A DNA stretch of 64,000 nucleotides from an uncultured Spirochaetota bacterium (GCA_963734495.1 CAVTHK010000016.1:160001-224000), one strand, 5' to 3'. Counted from the first letter of the stretch, positions 30,773-41,719 are shown. The notes: generated by a model from the letters alone, not told the origin. Translations and numbers: made by a program.

Positions 30773-31420
30773 TCAAGCGCCGCTCTTCGCCTCATGGGTC
30801 AGGTACGCCTCCAGCATCGTGACCGCCTCGTCCACAAGGCTCGCTCGGGAGATCACGCGCTCGTAGGGGTGAGCGGCGAAACGGTGGGTCAGGCTCTCTA
30901 CGGTCTGGACGACCAGGAAGCCGGCGTGCTCGAGGTGGCGGTGCCGGACCTCCGGATACAGGCGCAACAGGCCCGCGACGCTCCTTGCGGCGCGGCGCTC
31001 GGCCTCGAGCAACGCCTGGTGAACCCTCTCGGGCAACGGCGTCTCTTCAAGCAGTATGTGCTGCAATCGCGGCCGCCCGGAGTGCGCGTCCAGCATCCCC
31101 GTCACGTAGTCGCGCAAAGCCGCACGCAACCCGTGGCGTTCGGCGACCATGTGGCCCACCCACTCGTGAAGCCGGTGGTCGGTTTCCGAGACGTGCCGTT
31201 CCAGCAACGCTACCGCGACGGCTTCCTTGCTCGGGAAGTACTGGTAGAGGGTGCCGACGGACACGCCGGCACGCTCCGCAATGCGGTTGGTCGTGCCTGC
31301 GGCGTAACCGTGTCCCTCGAAAACCTGAGCAGCGGCGACAAGAAGGTCGTCCACGGTAGCCTTGGATCGCTTTTGAACGGGCCTTTTTCTCGGCTCGAGA
31401 CGCCGCTTGTGCGCAGTCAT
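30773..31420 (-). CDS. TetR/AcrR-family transcriptional regulator
   Basis: PRKRPVQKRS, TTNRIAERAGVSVGTLYQYFPSKEA HTH. Confidence 0.95.
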   Translation of the reverse strand: MTAHKRRLEPRKRPVQKRSKATVDDLLVAAAQVFEGHGYAAGTTNRIAERAGVSVGTLYQYFPSKEAVAVALLERHVSETDHRLHEWVGHMVAERHGLRAALRDYVTGMLDAHSGRPRLQHILLEETPLPERVHQALLEAERRAARSVAGLLRLYPEVRHRHLEHAGFLVVQTVESLTHRFAAHPYERVISRASLVDEAVTMLEAYLTHEAKSGA

Positions 31421-31441
31421 GGGATGCGCTCCTAACACGAG

Positions 31442-31470
31442 TAGACGTAATGTGAGCATTTACTCATAAT
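31442..31470 (+). promoter_or_regulatory. promoter of the P-type ATPase with candidate TetR operator
   Basis: TAGACG-17 bp-CATAAT; imperfect palindrome TGTGAGCATTTACTCATA (31451-31468) lies across the spacer and -10. Confidence 0.5.
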
Positions 31471-31515
31471 AGGCGTCAGTGTCAACCACGGCGACGGTCT
31501 CACTAGGGAGGTAGC

Positions 31516-34113
31516 GTGAGCGCAGCGGACGCCAGCATAGGCGGCGGACAGCGGGTTTCCGGCCGCGAAGTCCTCGATCTCCGAGAGTTCCGGGGGCTCG
31601 ATGAGGGAGAAGCCCTTGCGCGCTTGCAGCAGGAGGGGCCGAACGAGCTCCCGGGCCAGAAAAAACGGAGCCTGCTGGCGATCGGGCTTGAAGTCGTGCG
31701 CGAGCCCATGTTCCTCATGCTCGTCGCGGCCGGAACCCTGTATCTGCTCATGGGCGAGCCCTCGGACGCCATGATGTTACTCGGCTTCGTGTTCGTGGTG
31801 ATGGCGATCACGATCGTCCAGGAGCGGCGCACTGAGCGCGCGCTGGAAGCGCTGCGCGACCTGTCCAGCCCGCGGTCGCTGGTCATTCGCGGCGGTGTCC
31901 ATCGGCGGATCGCGGGACGGGAGGTCGTGAGGGGAGACCTCGTCGTCTTCTCCGAGGGGGACCGCATTCCCGCGGACGGCATATTGCGCTGGGGCATCAA
32001 CCTGTCCACGGACGAGTCCCTGCTGACGGGAGAATCGGTTCCCGTGCGCAAGGTTCCGTTCAGGGAGGCCCGGGAAATCGACAGGCCGGGCGGCGACGAT
32101 CTGCCGTCTGTGTTCTCGGGAACCCTGGTGACAGCGGGCCAGGGCCTTGCTGAAGTCACTGCGACGGGGCCGCGCTCGGAGATAGGCAGAATCGGCAAGG
32201 CGCTGCAGCAGGTCGAGCCGGAGCCGACCCTGCTGCAGAAGGAGACAGGGCGCCTGGTCCGCGTCTTTGCAATCGTCGGGCTGGCGGCCTGCGCGGTCGT
32301 GGTTGTAGCGTTCGCGCTCACACGCGGCGGGAGCGCCGACATCTGGAAGCAGGGGCTCCTGGCGGGCATAGCCATGGCGATGGCGGCGCTGCCCGAGGAG
32401 TTCCCGGTCGTGTTGACGGTCTTTCTCGCGCTGGGCGCGTGGCGGATTTCGCGCAGCAATGTGCTCACGCGTCGGATGCCGGCGATAGAGACGTTGGGCG
32501 CGGCCACGGTCCTGTGTGTCGACAAGACAGGCACGCTCACGCAGAACCGGATGACCCTGCGGGCGCTGGCGGTGCCAGGCCGCGTTCTTGACCTGGCGGC
32601 GCTCCGAGGCGATCTCCCCGGAGATCTGCACGGCCTCCTCGAAGATGCGATTCTGGCGAGCAAGCGCGACCCCTTCGACCCCATGGAGCGGGCCCTGCAC
32701 GAGGCGGGAGACCGCCTGGTCAAGGACACGGAGCACTTGCACCCCGGATGGTCGCTGGCGCGAGAGTACCCGTTGACCCCCGGTCTGCTCGCGGTTAGCC
32801 ATGCCTGGCTCACGGGGAATGGAGACGAAGTCAGACTGGCGGCCAAAGGCGCGCCCGAGGCCATAGCGGATCTCTGTCACCTGACGCAGCCTCAGCGGGA
32901 GTCCCTGTCGCGCGACGTCGCGACACTGGCGTCCCAGGGCCTCCGAGTCCTCGGGGTGGCGAGGGGAGCCACGCGCGAGGAACGTCTGCCCGAGGAACAC
33001 CACGAACTGTCGCTCGACGTCGTCGGCCTGATCGGCCTGGAAGATCCCGTGCGGCCGACGGTTCCAGCGGCGGTCGCGGAGTGCCAGGCCGCAGGAGTCC
33101 GTGTCGTGATGATCACCGGCGATTATCCCGTGACCGCCCAGAGCATCGCCCGCCAGGCCGGGCTGGGAGAATGCCTTGCAGCGATCACCGGGCCGGAGTT
33201 GGACCGAATGAACGACGACGATCTGGCCCGGCGAATCCGGGACGTCCACGTCTTCGCGCGCGTGGTGCCGGAGCAGAAACTCCGCATCGTGGCCGCCTTG
33301 AAGGCCAACGGCGACGTGGTCGCCATGACCGGCGACGGGGTCAATGACGCCCCCGCTCTCAAGGCCGCGCACATCGGCATAGCCATGGGCGGCCGTGGGA
33401 CCGATGTGGCTCGGGAATCGGCTTCGCTGGTGCTTCTCGATGACGACTTCTCCTCGATCGTCGCCGCGATTCGTCTGGGCCGGCGCATCTTTGACAACAT
33501 CAAGAAGGCGATCGCTTTCATTCTCGCAGTGCACGTCCCTATCGCCGGTCTGTCGATGCTTCCCGTCTTTTTCGCCGACTGGCCCCTTCTGCTCCTGCCG
33601 GTCCACATCCTGTTCCTGGAGCTCATTATCGACCCCTCCTGCTCGCTCATTTTCGAGGCCGAGGATGCCGAAGCCGACGTGATGGGTCGACCGCCGAGAA
33701 GCCCGAACGAACGGCTCTTCTCCCCGACGACCATAGCAGTCGCGATCACGCAAGGGCTCAGCGTCCTTGCCATGTGCCTCGGCGTATTCCTCGTGGCCCG
33801 CGCCGATCATTCGCCCGATGCTGCTCGTGCCCTGACATTCGCAACCCTGGTGGCGGCCTTTGTCGTCGTCATCCTCGTCAACCGATCGTGGACTCGATCG
33901 GGGCTGGCGATGCTGCGGGTCCCCAACACGGCGCTGCGATGGGTGGTGGGCGGCGCGTGCACTTTTCTTGCGCTGATCCTCACCGTGCCGTTCGCGCGGA
34001 GTCTCTTCCACTTCGCGCCGCTCCACGCCAGCGATCTCGTCCTCGGTGTTGGAGCTGGAGTGGTGTGCGTCCTGTGGTTCGAGCTCCTCAAGGCAGCGAG
34101 ACGGCTCGTCTGA
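31516..34113 (+). CDS. cation-translocating P-type ATPase (P2-like)
   Basis: TGES, PEEFP, DKTGTLT, KGAPE, MITGD and TGDGVNDAPAL motifs; GGGAGG RBS. Confidence 0.96.
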   Translation: MSAADASIGGGQRVSGREVLDLREFRGLDEGEALARLQQEGPNELPGQKKRSLLAIGLEVVREPMFLMLVAAGTLYLLMGEPSDAMMLLGFVFVVMAITIVQERRTERALEALRDLSSPRSLVIRGGVHRRIAGREVVRGDLVVFSEGDRIPADGILRWGINLSTDESLLTGESVPVRKVPFREAREIDRPGGDDLPSVFSGTLVTAGQGLAEVTATGPRSEIGRIGKALQQVEPEPTLLQKETGRLVRVFAIVGLAACAVVVVAFALTRGGSADIWKQGLLAGIAMAMAALPEEFPVVLTVFLALGAWRISRSNVLTRRMPAIETLGAATVLCVDKTGTLTQNRMTLRALAVPGRVLDLAALRGDLPGDLHGLLEDAILASKRDPFDPMERALHEAGDRLVKDTEHLHPGWSLAREYPLTPGLLAVSHAWLTGNGDEVRLAAKGAPEAIADLCHLTQPQRESLSRDVATLASQGLRVLGVARGATREERLPEEHHELSLDVVGLIGLEDPVRPTVPAAVAECQAAGVRVVMITGDYPVTAQSIARQAGLGECLAAITGPELDRMNDDDLARRIRDVHVFARVVPEQKLRIVAALKANGDVVAMTGDGVNDAPALKAAHIGIAMGGRGTDVARESASLVLLDDDFSSIVAAIRLGRRIFDNIKKAIAFILAVHVPIAGLSMLPVFFADWPLLLLPVHILFLELIIDPSCSLIFEAEDAEADVMGRPPRSPNERLFSPTTIAVAITQGLSVLAMCLGVFLVARADHSPDAARALTFATLVAAFVVVILVNRSWTRSGLAMLRVPNTALRWVVGGACTFLALILTVPFARSLFHFAPLHASDLVLGVGAGVVCVLWFELLKAARRLV

Positions 34114-34663
34114 GTTCGCGGGTGGCTGCAGAGGCAGCGGCGTCGTCGCGAGGGGTGATCGCGCCCGCGGGGAGCGGTTGTCTCAGTGGGGACCGGTGAC
34201 CTGCCGGCGAACGGTTCGCCGCGCAGGATCTTCTCGAAGCTGGGCGGGTCCGCTCCGGTTGTGACTGCGACTTTCAGGGGCGGGCCCAGGCCGCGCTTCG
34301 TTGCCGTCGATCGCGTGAAACCAGATCCACGACAACCGGTTGAGCGGTCTTCACGCGCCGGACCCGGTGTGTGAACAACTGTGGAGGAGCGGCTTCCCTG
34401 TCTTCAACCTCACTGACCCCAATAGCGCTCTGTTGCGAAAGAGCAGGCAGGACAGCTGCGAGCAGGCGTTGCAGTGCACAAGCTGTGGCAGGCAGCGACC
34501 GCAGCCAGATGGTGCCGGCCACGGCTGTCATCGACACCCCCAGCTATGCCAATCAGTCGGAGCCCACTCTGCCGAGCCTTCCGGAGTCTGGTGGGGCGGC
34601 GGGGTCGGCCCCGACCGCGGATAAGTCAACGTCGAGGCGATGGAGCGGTTCGCAGAAAAGGTT

Positions 34664-36714
34664 CTAGTAGATCTTCCGCAGCTCCGCGGCCCCGTAATAG
34701 TGGCGGAGGATTGCGGCGGCGTCGATGCCGTCCGCGGCCATGCCCGCGGCCCCACTCTGGCACAGGCCGACGCCGTGCCCCCAGCCCGCCCCGGTAAAGA
34801 CAAAGTACTGCGGAAGCCCGTCCGGGCCGAGCTTGGGCTCCACCACGAACAGGTTGCTGCGCAGCCCGCCGAGGGCCCACCGGATGGAGTCGCCGCGGAC
34901 CGTGCGCGCGCCGGCCGTGCCCTGAATGCGGACCTCCGACACGCGCCCGCTCGTGCCGCGGGCCTCGGCCTCGATGCCGACCACGCTGCCCAGGGAGGCG
35001 CCGACGTCCAGCCGCGCCTCGATCTCGCTCCGGGGGACCCAGATCTCCCAGCGGTAGGCGCTTCGCGACGAGTAGCGGGGCCGGGAGCTGTAGGTGTCGG
35101 GCCTGTCGCTGAGCCACCGCGAGAGCGCGTCGGGCGCCAGCGGAAAGGCCGATGCGTCGAGCAGCGGGTCCGCGACCGCGGGCAGCGTCGACGCGAAGCC
35201 CCAGACGGCCTGCGTGGTCTCGGTGTGGCCGCCAGAGTTGGCGGAATAGAAGGCGGATAGCGGCTTTTCGCCGTCCATGAGCGCCATCCCGCGGGTGGCA
35301 TCGACCGCGGCCCGCACCGTCGGCGTCTCGTTCTGCAGCCCCCGGTATTCCGCGGACCACACGTTGCCCAGAAGGTCGAACCCCCGCTTCGCGTACCTGC
35401 CGAGGTTGGCCATCGTGTAGCTGCGGGCAGCGACCGCCTGCGCCTCGAGCGCGGCCGCGGGCCAGGATGCCGGCATCTCCGAAGGCACCACCGAGTACAG
35501 GTATTCCTCGATCGGCAGCGCGTCGACGAGCGTCAGCCCGCCCTGCCTGCGGCACGATCTCCATGCGCCCCCGGTACATGCGGTCTTCGCTCCCCGCCCA
35601 GAAGCTGCCGCGCCCGTACTCGACGTCGAACACGACCGTCGTGTCCGCGGGGTCGTCGTAGACGAGGGTCACGGCCGAGCGCGGAGCGCACCAGCGCCGA
35701 TCCGTCGGTCACCTCGAGCCCGCCGTCGACGAGGCGGGCGGTCAGGGCGGCGCCGGAGCCGCCCGCGGCGAGACGGGTGGGCGGCTTGCCCGGGCTTTCG
35801 TTCCAGTACAGCGCGTAGGAGCCGCCTGTCTTGAGGTGAAGCTCCTTCGCCCCCTCCACCAGGCCGATGCGCACCGCGGGCTGCGCCTCCCGGTCCGCGG
35901 ACAGGGCTTCAGCCTTGCGGGCGACCACGGCCGATCGGCGTTCGGTCTGCGCTGTCTGCGCCCGGGCGACCAGCGCCGGGTTGTCGCGCTCGAGCCCGGC
36001 GATGAGCTCCGGGATCTCCCGGTCGCCGGGCAGGCTGGCGGCCGCGCGCTGAAGAAGGCTGTAAGCCCGCTCGGGAAGGCCCCGAGCCACGTAGATCCGT
36101 GCCAGAGGCAGGTAGCTCGCGGTCAGGTTGGGCTCCTGGGCAAGGGCCTCGCGGTACGCGGACTCAGCCCCGTCGAGATCGCCCAGATCGCGGCGCAGCG
36201 TCGCGCACCAGTACCAGGCCATGGGTTGGAAGCTCTGCCGCGCCAGGCTGGCGGCGAGAGCCGCGAGGGCCCGATCCTTTCGGCCTTCGTCGCTGAGGGC
36301 CAGGCCCGACAGGTAGAGCGACCGGGCCGACGGAGCCAGCTGCTCGAGGTAGTGCAGCGCGCGCTCGGGCTGGCGCGCGAACAGCGCGGTCTCCGCAGCC
36401 GCGAGGCGGACGGGCTCGCTGCCGGGCTGCGCGTCCAGCAGAGCGTCGAGGTGGACCATCGCCTCTTCGGCCAGGCCCTCGCTTCGCAGCACCCGCGCGA
36501 GGTCCAGGCGCGCCGAAACGTCGTCCGGATCGGCCGCGAGGACCGCGCGGTAGTCGCGGATGCAGGCCGCGAGGTCGCCCCTGTAGAAGGCGTCAAAGGC
36601 GTCGGCCCGGGTCGGGGCCGCGGCGGAGGAGTCGGCCTGGGCGCCGCGGCCGTGCGCAGTCAGCGGCAGCAGAACGGCGACGAGCGCGATCGAGAGCTTG
36701 CGGAGAAGAGGCAT
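34664..36714 (-). CDS. TPR-repeat + SpoIID/LytB-domain protein (frameshifts near 35540-35690, probably errors)
   Basis: Signal peptide MPLLRKLSIALV, TPR helices, then EEYLYSVVPSEM, AQAVAARSY, FYSANSGGHT, GWGHGVGLCQSGA, ILRHYY. Confidence 0.88.
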
Positions 36715-36721
36715 GGCGGCG

Positions 36722-37208
36722 TCAGCGCGGCTGGCGGGCGGCCGCCGCGGCCAGCTCCTCGATCGCCGCCGGGTCGATCCGCTCCAGGTCCTCGGCGGTG
36801 CCTGCGATCTTGCGGAAGAGGAAGCGCTCGACCGGACCGAGCGACGCCAGGCGGATCGCCCCCCCGAGGGGCAGCGCGGCGAAGGCGTGGCGTGGTGAGC
36901 CACGGGGGGAACGCCTCCGCGAGCTCGGCGCGGGCGCGCTCGCCCGTGTAGAAGCAGCAGATGAACAGGCCGACCCTGCGGCCGAGGAGCGCGTCGCGGT
37001 TGCGCTCGCAGAAGCGCGGCACGCGCTGGTGGATGCGGCCGCCGTAGATGGGGCCGCCGATGAGGACGACCTCGCGGCCTTCCAGCTGCGGCGAAGAGGC
37101 GGCGCGCAGGTCGGCCAGATCCGCGCCGCCCGGGAGCGCTTTGGCGAGAAGCCGGGCGCACGCCTCGGTCGTCCCGTGCCTGGTCGAGTAGACTATGAGC
37201 GCTTTCAC
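36722..37208 (-). CDS. flavodoxin-domain protein (HemG / Flavodoxin_5-like; frameshift near 36890)
   Basis: LIVYSTRHGTTEACA, IGGPIYGG, GLFICC; reading frame slips before the GGAI..DPAAIEELA C-terminus. Confidence 0.75.
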
Positions 37209-37531
37209 TTGTCGCGGGCCTCCGCGGGTCTCGCGTCAGCGGGGTTCGCAGCGGCATCGCGGGCGCTGCGGCGGACGTGGTAGATCCGGTTCCGCACGGT
37301 GAACGCGATGTCCGTCATGACCATGGCGCCGTTGAGGGCGTACAGGGCGATCACGTAGTCTGGGCGGGTGGTGAGCTTGTGGAGGATCCCGGCGACGTAG
37401 CCGACCAGGATGACGGCCAGGAAGAGCAGACTCTTGGAGCCCACCTCGCGGGTGGTCACCGACTTGTAGATGGAGAAGGGCCACGCTGCCCCGAAACAGA
37501 CGAGCATGAGGATCTCGAAGATGCTCTTCAT
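37205..37531 (-). CDS. small 3-TM membrane protein (PQ-loop/SemiSWEET-like)
   Basis: FEILMLVCFGAAWPFSIYKS...KSLLFL...GILHK...YALN pattern. Confidence 0.7.
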   Translation of the reverse strand: MKSIFEILMLVCFGAAWPFSIYKSVTTREVGSKSLLFLAVILVGYVAGILHKLTTRPDYVIALYALNGAMVMTDIAFTVRNRIYHVRRSARDAAANPADARPAEARDK

Positions 37532-37883
37532 GGCGACAGGGAGGGTGTACTCGAAGGCCCCGCCGCCGTCAAGCCGCAGGCACGCCTCGGCCCGGCGGCC
37601 TCGGCGGCGGCGCGGCCGGCGGGCACGCCTCGTGCGCCCGGCGCGCCGGCTCCGGGCGCGGTCGGCTCCGCGCGGTCGGCGCAGCCGGCTCCTCCGCGCC
37701 CTGGCGCGCAAAACCGCGCCGCCGCGCTTGATGGCCGAGCATCCGCGTAAGTATTGTTGAACCGCCGCCGGGCGCGGCACAGGCGCTCGCGAATTGCTTG
37801 CGAGCAAGGGAGTTGCCGGTGGCGTGTTTGGCGCGGCGCGGGATCGCTGGTTACATTTGTGACAGATCGCGAGGACAACGGCT

Positions 37884-39620
37884 TTGACACACGACTATGA
37901 CGCGGTGATCGTGGGCGCCGGCGGGGCCGGCCTCTATGCGGCGCTCGAGGCGAGCAGGACGGCGCGCACGGCTGTGGTCTCCAAGCTCTACCCGATGCGC
38001 AGCCACACCGGCGCGGCCCAGGGCGGCATCGGCGCGGCTCTCGGCAATATCGACGACGACAAGCCCGAGTGGCACGCCTTCGACACGATCAAGGGCGGCG
38101 ACTACCTGGTCGACCAGGAGGCGGCCACGATCCTCGCCGACGACGCGGTGCGGGCGGTCTACGACCTGGAGAACCGGGGGCTTCCCTTCAGCCGCACCTC
38201 CGAGGGAAAGATCGACCAGAGGCGGTTCGGCGGCCACACCCGGAACTTCGGCGAGGCGCCGGTGCACCGCTCCTGCTACGCCGCCGACCGCACCGGCCAC
38301 ATGATCCTGCAGACCCTCTACCAGCAGTGCATCAAGAACGAAGTGAGCTTCTTCGACGAGTTCCAGGCCGTCGACGTGATCATCGAGGACCAGCCGCTGC
38401 AAGGGGCTCGTCGCTCTCGAGCTGCGCACCGGCGAGCTGCACGTCTTCCGGGCCAAGGCGGTGCTCTTCGCCACCGGCGGCTTCGGCCGGATGTGCCGGA
38501 TCACGTCCAACGCCTACGCGAACACCGGCGACGGCCCCGCGCTCGTCGCTGCGCCGCGGCGTCCCGCTCGAGGACATGGAGTTCTTCCAGTTCCACCCCA
38601 CCGGGATCAAGGGAATGGGAATTCTCATCACCGAAGGGGTTCGTGGCGAAGGCGGCATCCTCCGCAACCGCTCGGGCGAGCGCTTCATGGAGCGCTACGC
38701 CCCGACGCTGCTCGACCTTGCGCCGCGCGACATGGTGTCGCGCGCGATCCTGACGGAGATCCGCGAGGGGCGCGGGATGCGGGGGGACCGCAGGCTCGAC
38801 GACTACCTGCTCCTCGACGCGACGCACCTCGGGCGGGACGTCGTGGAGAAGAAGCTGCCCGACATCACGGATTTCTGCCGGACCTACCTCGGCATCGACC
38901 CCGCGGACAAGCCGATCCCGATCCAGCCGACCGCGCACTACGCGATGGGCGGGATCCCGACCGACCTCGACGGGCCGCGTCGTCGACGACCGCCGCGTCT
39001 ACGAAGGGCTGTATGCCGCGGGCGAGTGCGCCTGCGTCTCGGTCCACGGGGCGAACCGCCTCGGCACGAACAGCCTCGTGGACCTCGTCGTCTTCGGCCG
39101 CCGCGCCGGCCAGGCACATCGCGAGCTACGTGCGGCAGGCGCGAGCCCCCGGGCGCCTTCAAGGACGCCGACGGCCCCGCGCGGGCGCGCCTCGCCGAGC
39201 TCAAGGACGGCAGCAAGGGGCCGGCCGCCGGGGCCCTTCTACAGGGAGATGCAGGACCTGATGATGAACCAGGTCGGTGTCTACCGGACCGAGGCGAGAT
39301 GACGGACGCCCTGGGGAAGCTGCGGGACCTGCGAGACCGCTACGCCGAGGTCCGGGCTCAGGAGAAGGGCAGCCGCTTCAACGCGGAAGTGCTGAACATC
39401 CTGGAGCTCGGGAACCTGATCGACCTGGCCCTCGTCACGACCGCCTCGGCGATCAACCGCCGGGAGTCCCGCGGCGCCCACGCGCGCGAGGACTTTCGCC
39501 GAGCGCGACGATGCGGGGTGGCTCAAGCACACGCTGGCCTGGCTCGAGCGGGGCGCGGTGCGGATCGGCTACAAGCCCGTGGACACGAGCCGCTTCAAGC
39601 CGAAGCCGCGAACGTACTGA
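37884..39620 (+). CDS. sdhA: succinate dehydrogenase/fumarate reductase flavoprotein subunit (multiple frameshifts, probably errors)
   Basis: [16 protein letters not shown] (covalent FAD His), [42 protein letters not shown]. Confidence 0.92.
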
Positions 39621-39643
39621 GGCCGGCGGGGACGCGGGACAAC

Positions 39644-39740
39644 GAGGGCCCGCCGGGTACGGCGGACTTGGGACCTGGCGAAGACGCCGAGAGGGCCCGC
39701 CGGGTACGGCGGACTTGGGACTTGCCGAGGACGGCAAGTC
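39644..39740. repeat. tandem 31-bp direct repeats with hairpins between sdhA and sdhB
   Basis: GAGGGCCCGCCGGGTACGGCGGACTTGGGAC identical at 39644 and 39691; stems CCGCCG-GGTA-CGGCGG and GACTTGCCG-AGGA-CGGCAAGTC. Confidence 0.8.
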
Positions 39741-39752
39741 AGAGGAGCGCGC

Positions 39753-40580
39753 ATGAGGATCACCCTTTCGATCGAGCGGTTCGACCCTGAGAGCCGGGTC
39801 GGGCCCCGCGGATGCAGTCCTACCAGGTGGACGTCGAGCCGACCGACCGGGTGCTCGACGCGCTGATGGAGATCCAGCGCAACGTGGACGGGACGCTCGC
39901 GCTCCGCAAGAGCTGCGCCCACGGCGTGTGCGGCTCGGACGCGATGGTGATCAACGGCACGACGCGCCTGGCGTGCAAGACCCTCGTGCGCGACGTCGCC
40001 GACAAGGAAGGCGCGACGATCGAGATCCGGCCGGCCAGGCACATGGAGACGTCAGCGCGACCTCATGGTCGACCAGCAGCGACGTTCTTCGCCAAGTTCC
40101 GGATGATGAAGCCGTATCTGATCCCCAAGGAGCCGGCTCCCGGCACTCGCGAGTACCTGCAGAGCCCCGAGGATCGCGCCCTCATCGACGACGCGACCAA
40201 GTGCATCAACTGCGGCTCCTGCTACTCGGCGTGCCCGGTCCTCGACACCAACCCCGAACTACATCGGGCCGGCGGCGATCGTCCAGGCCGCGCGCTTCAT
40301 CTTCGACACCCGGGACCAGGGGCTCGAGCCGAGGCTCGACGCGCTCGACACCCCCGACGGGGTCTGGTCGTGCGAGAACCACTTCGACTGCACGCGGGTA
40401 TGTCCGCGGGGGATCAAGGTCACCAAGCTGATCAACCTGACGAAGAAGGCGATCGAGAAATACCGCGCGGAACGCGGCGAGAAGTGCAACGATGGCGGAA
40501 AGCCCCACAACCCGGTCCCTCCGAAGAAGGCTCCGGACGGGGCCGGCGGACCAGGGGCACGGAAAGGCGCAAGAAAGTGA
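39753..40580 (+). CDS. sdhB: succinate dehydrogenase iron-sulfur subunit (frameshifts, probably errors)
   Basis: SCAHGVCGSD...C, CINCGSCYSACP, CENHFDCTRVCP cluster motifs; stop overlaps the sucC GTG. Confidence 0.9.
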
Positions 40581-41719
40581 AAGTCCACGAGTACCAGGCG
40601 CGGGCGCTCTTCGAGGCGCGCGGGATCCCGACGCTGCAGGGCATCGTCGCGGAGACGCCGGCCGAGGCCGTGCGCGCGGCCGAGCGAATCGGGTGCCCGG
40701 CGGTCATCAAGGCGCAGGTGCTGGTCGGCGGCCGCGGAAAGGCCGGCGGCGTCAAGGTGGCGAAGCGGGCGTCGGAGGTGGAGAGCATCGCGGCCGGCAT
40801 TCTCGGACTGACCATCAAGGGTGAAGGGGTCCGAAAGGTGATGGTCTCGCCGGCGGCCGACATCGAGCGGGAGTACTACGTGGGGCTGGTGCTCGACCGG
40901 CACGAGAAGGCCATCACGCTCATGCTGACCGCAGAAGGCGGCGTCGACATCGAGGAGCTGGCCGTGACGCGGCCTGAGGCGATCGTGCGGGTGGCCCTGC
41001 AGCCCCACAAGGGCTACGACGGGGCCGCGGTCGCGACAGCTGTCGCCGGCGTGTTCCGGGGCGAGAGCCTCGCGCAACAGGCGCGGGACGCGATCGAGCG
41101 CCTCTACCGCCTGTTCGTGGAAAAGGACTGCTCGCTGGTCGAGATCAACCCCTATGCGCTGGTCGCGGGCGGACGCCTCGTGGCGCTGGACGCGAAGGTC
41201 AACTTCGACGACAACGCGCTGTACAAGCACGAGGACATCGCGGCGCTCGCGAGCCCCGAGGAGTACAGCCCCGACGAGCGGAAGGCGCGCGAAGCGGGCC
41301 TGAGCTTCGTGAGCATGGACGGCACGATCGGCTGCATCGTCAACGGCGCCGGGCTCGCGATGGCGACGATGGACATGATCAAGCTCTTCGGGGCCCAGCC
41401 GGCGAACTTTCTCGACGTCGGGGGCAGCTCAAACCCGGCGAAGGTGCTGAACGCCCTCAACATCATCCTCGCGAACCCGCGCATCGAAGCCATGCTGATC
41501 AACATCTTCGGCGGCATCACCCGCTGCGACGACATCGCCAACGGGATCCTCATGGCCAGGCGGCAGATCGAGATCCGCGTGCCGCTGGTCATCCGCCTGA
41601 TCGGCACCAACGACGCCGAAGGCCGCGCCATCCTGGAGAAGGCCGGCCTGTCCGCGTTCGAGCGCATGACCGACGCCGTGCAGAGAGTGGTCGCGGTCGC
41701 GCGGGAGGGGGCCCGATGA
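40577..41719 (+). CDS. sucC: succinyl-CoA synthetase beta subunit
   Basis: [49 protein letters not shown]. Confidence 0.96.
   Translation: MKVHEYQARALFEARGIPTLQGIVAETPAEAVRAAERIGCPAVIKAQVLVGGRGKAGGVKVAKRASEVESIAAGILGLTIKGEGVRKVMVSPAADIEREYYVGLVLDRHEKAITLMLTAEGGVDIEELAVTRPEAIVRVALQPHKGYDGAAVATAVAGVFRGESLAQQARDAIERLYRLFVEKDCSLVEINPYALVAGGRLVALDAKVNFDDNALYKHEDIAALASPEEYSPDERKAREAGLSFVSMDGTIGCIVNGAGLAMATMDMIKLFGAQPANFLDVGGSSNPAKVLNALNIILANPRIEAMLINIFGGITRCDDIANGILMARRQIEIRVPLVIRLIGTNDAEGRAILEKAGLSAFERMTDAVQRVVAVAREGAR

Noticed and set aside
34114..34660. Short ORFs or ncRNA in the gap after the P-type ATPase
   Set aside because: No RBS-supported ORF, recognisable domain or known RNA motif; treated as degenerate flank
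37741..37880. Sigma54 or CRP/ArcA-like site upstream of sdhA (CGGCAC..., GTTACATTTGTGAC)
   Set aside because: The GG-N10-GC spacing is not met and the palindrome is too degenerate to support a call
39644..39740. Possible mini-CRISPR (also 21513-21630 and 17344-17523)
   Set aside because: Only two copies each, spacers too short or related to each other, and no cas genes
39812..41719. Apparent SdhB-SucC fusion
   Set aside because: Frameshift artefact; the third SdhB cluster motif is in another frame that ends at 40580, overlapping the sucC GTG
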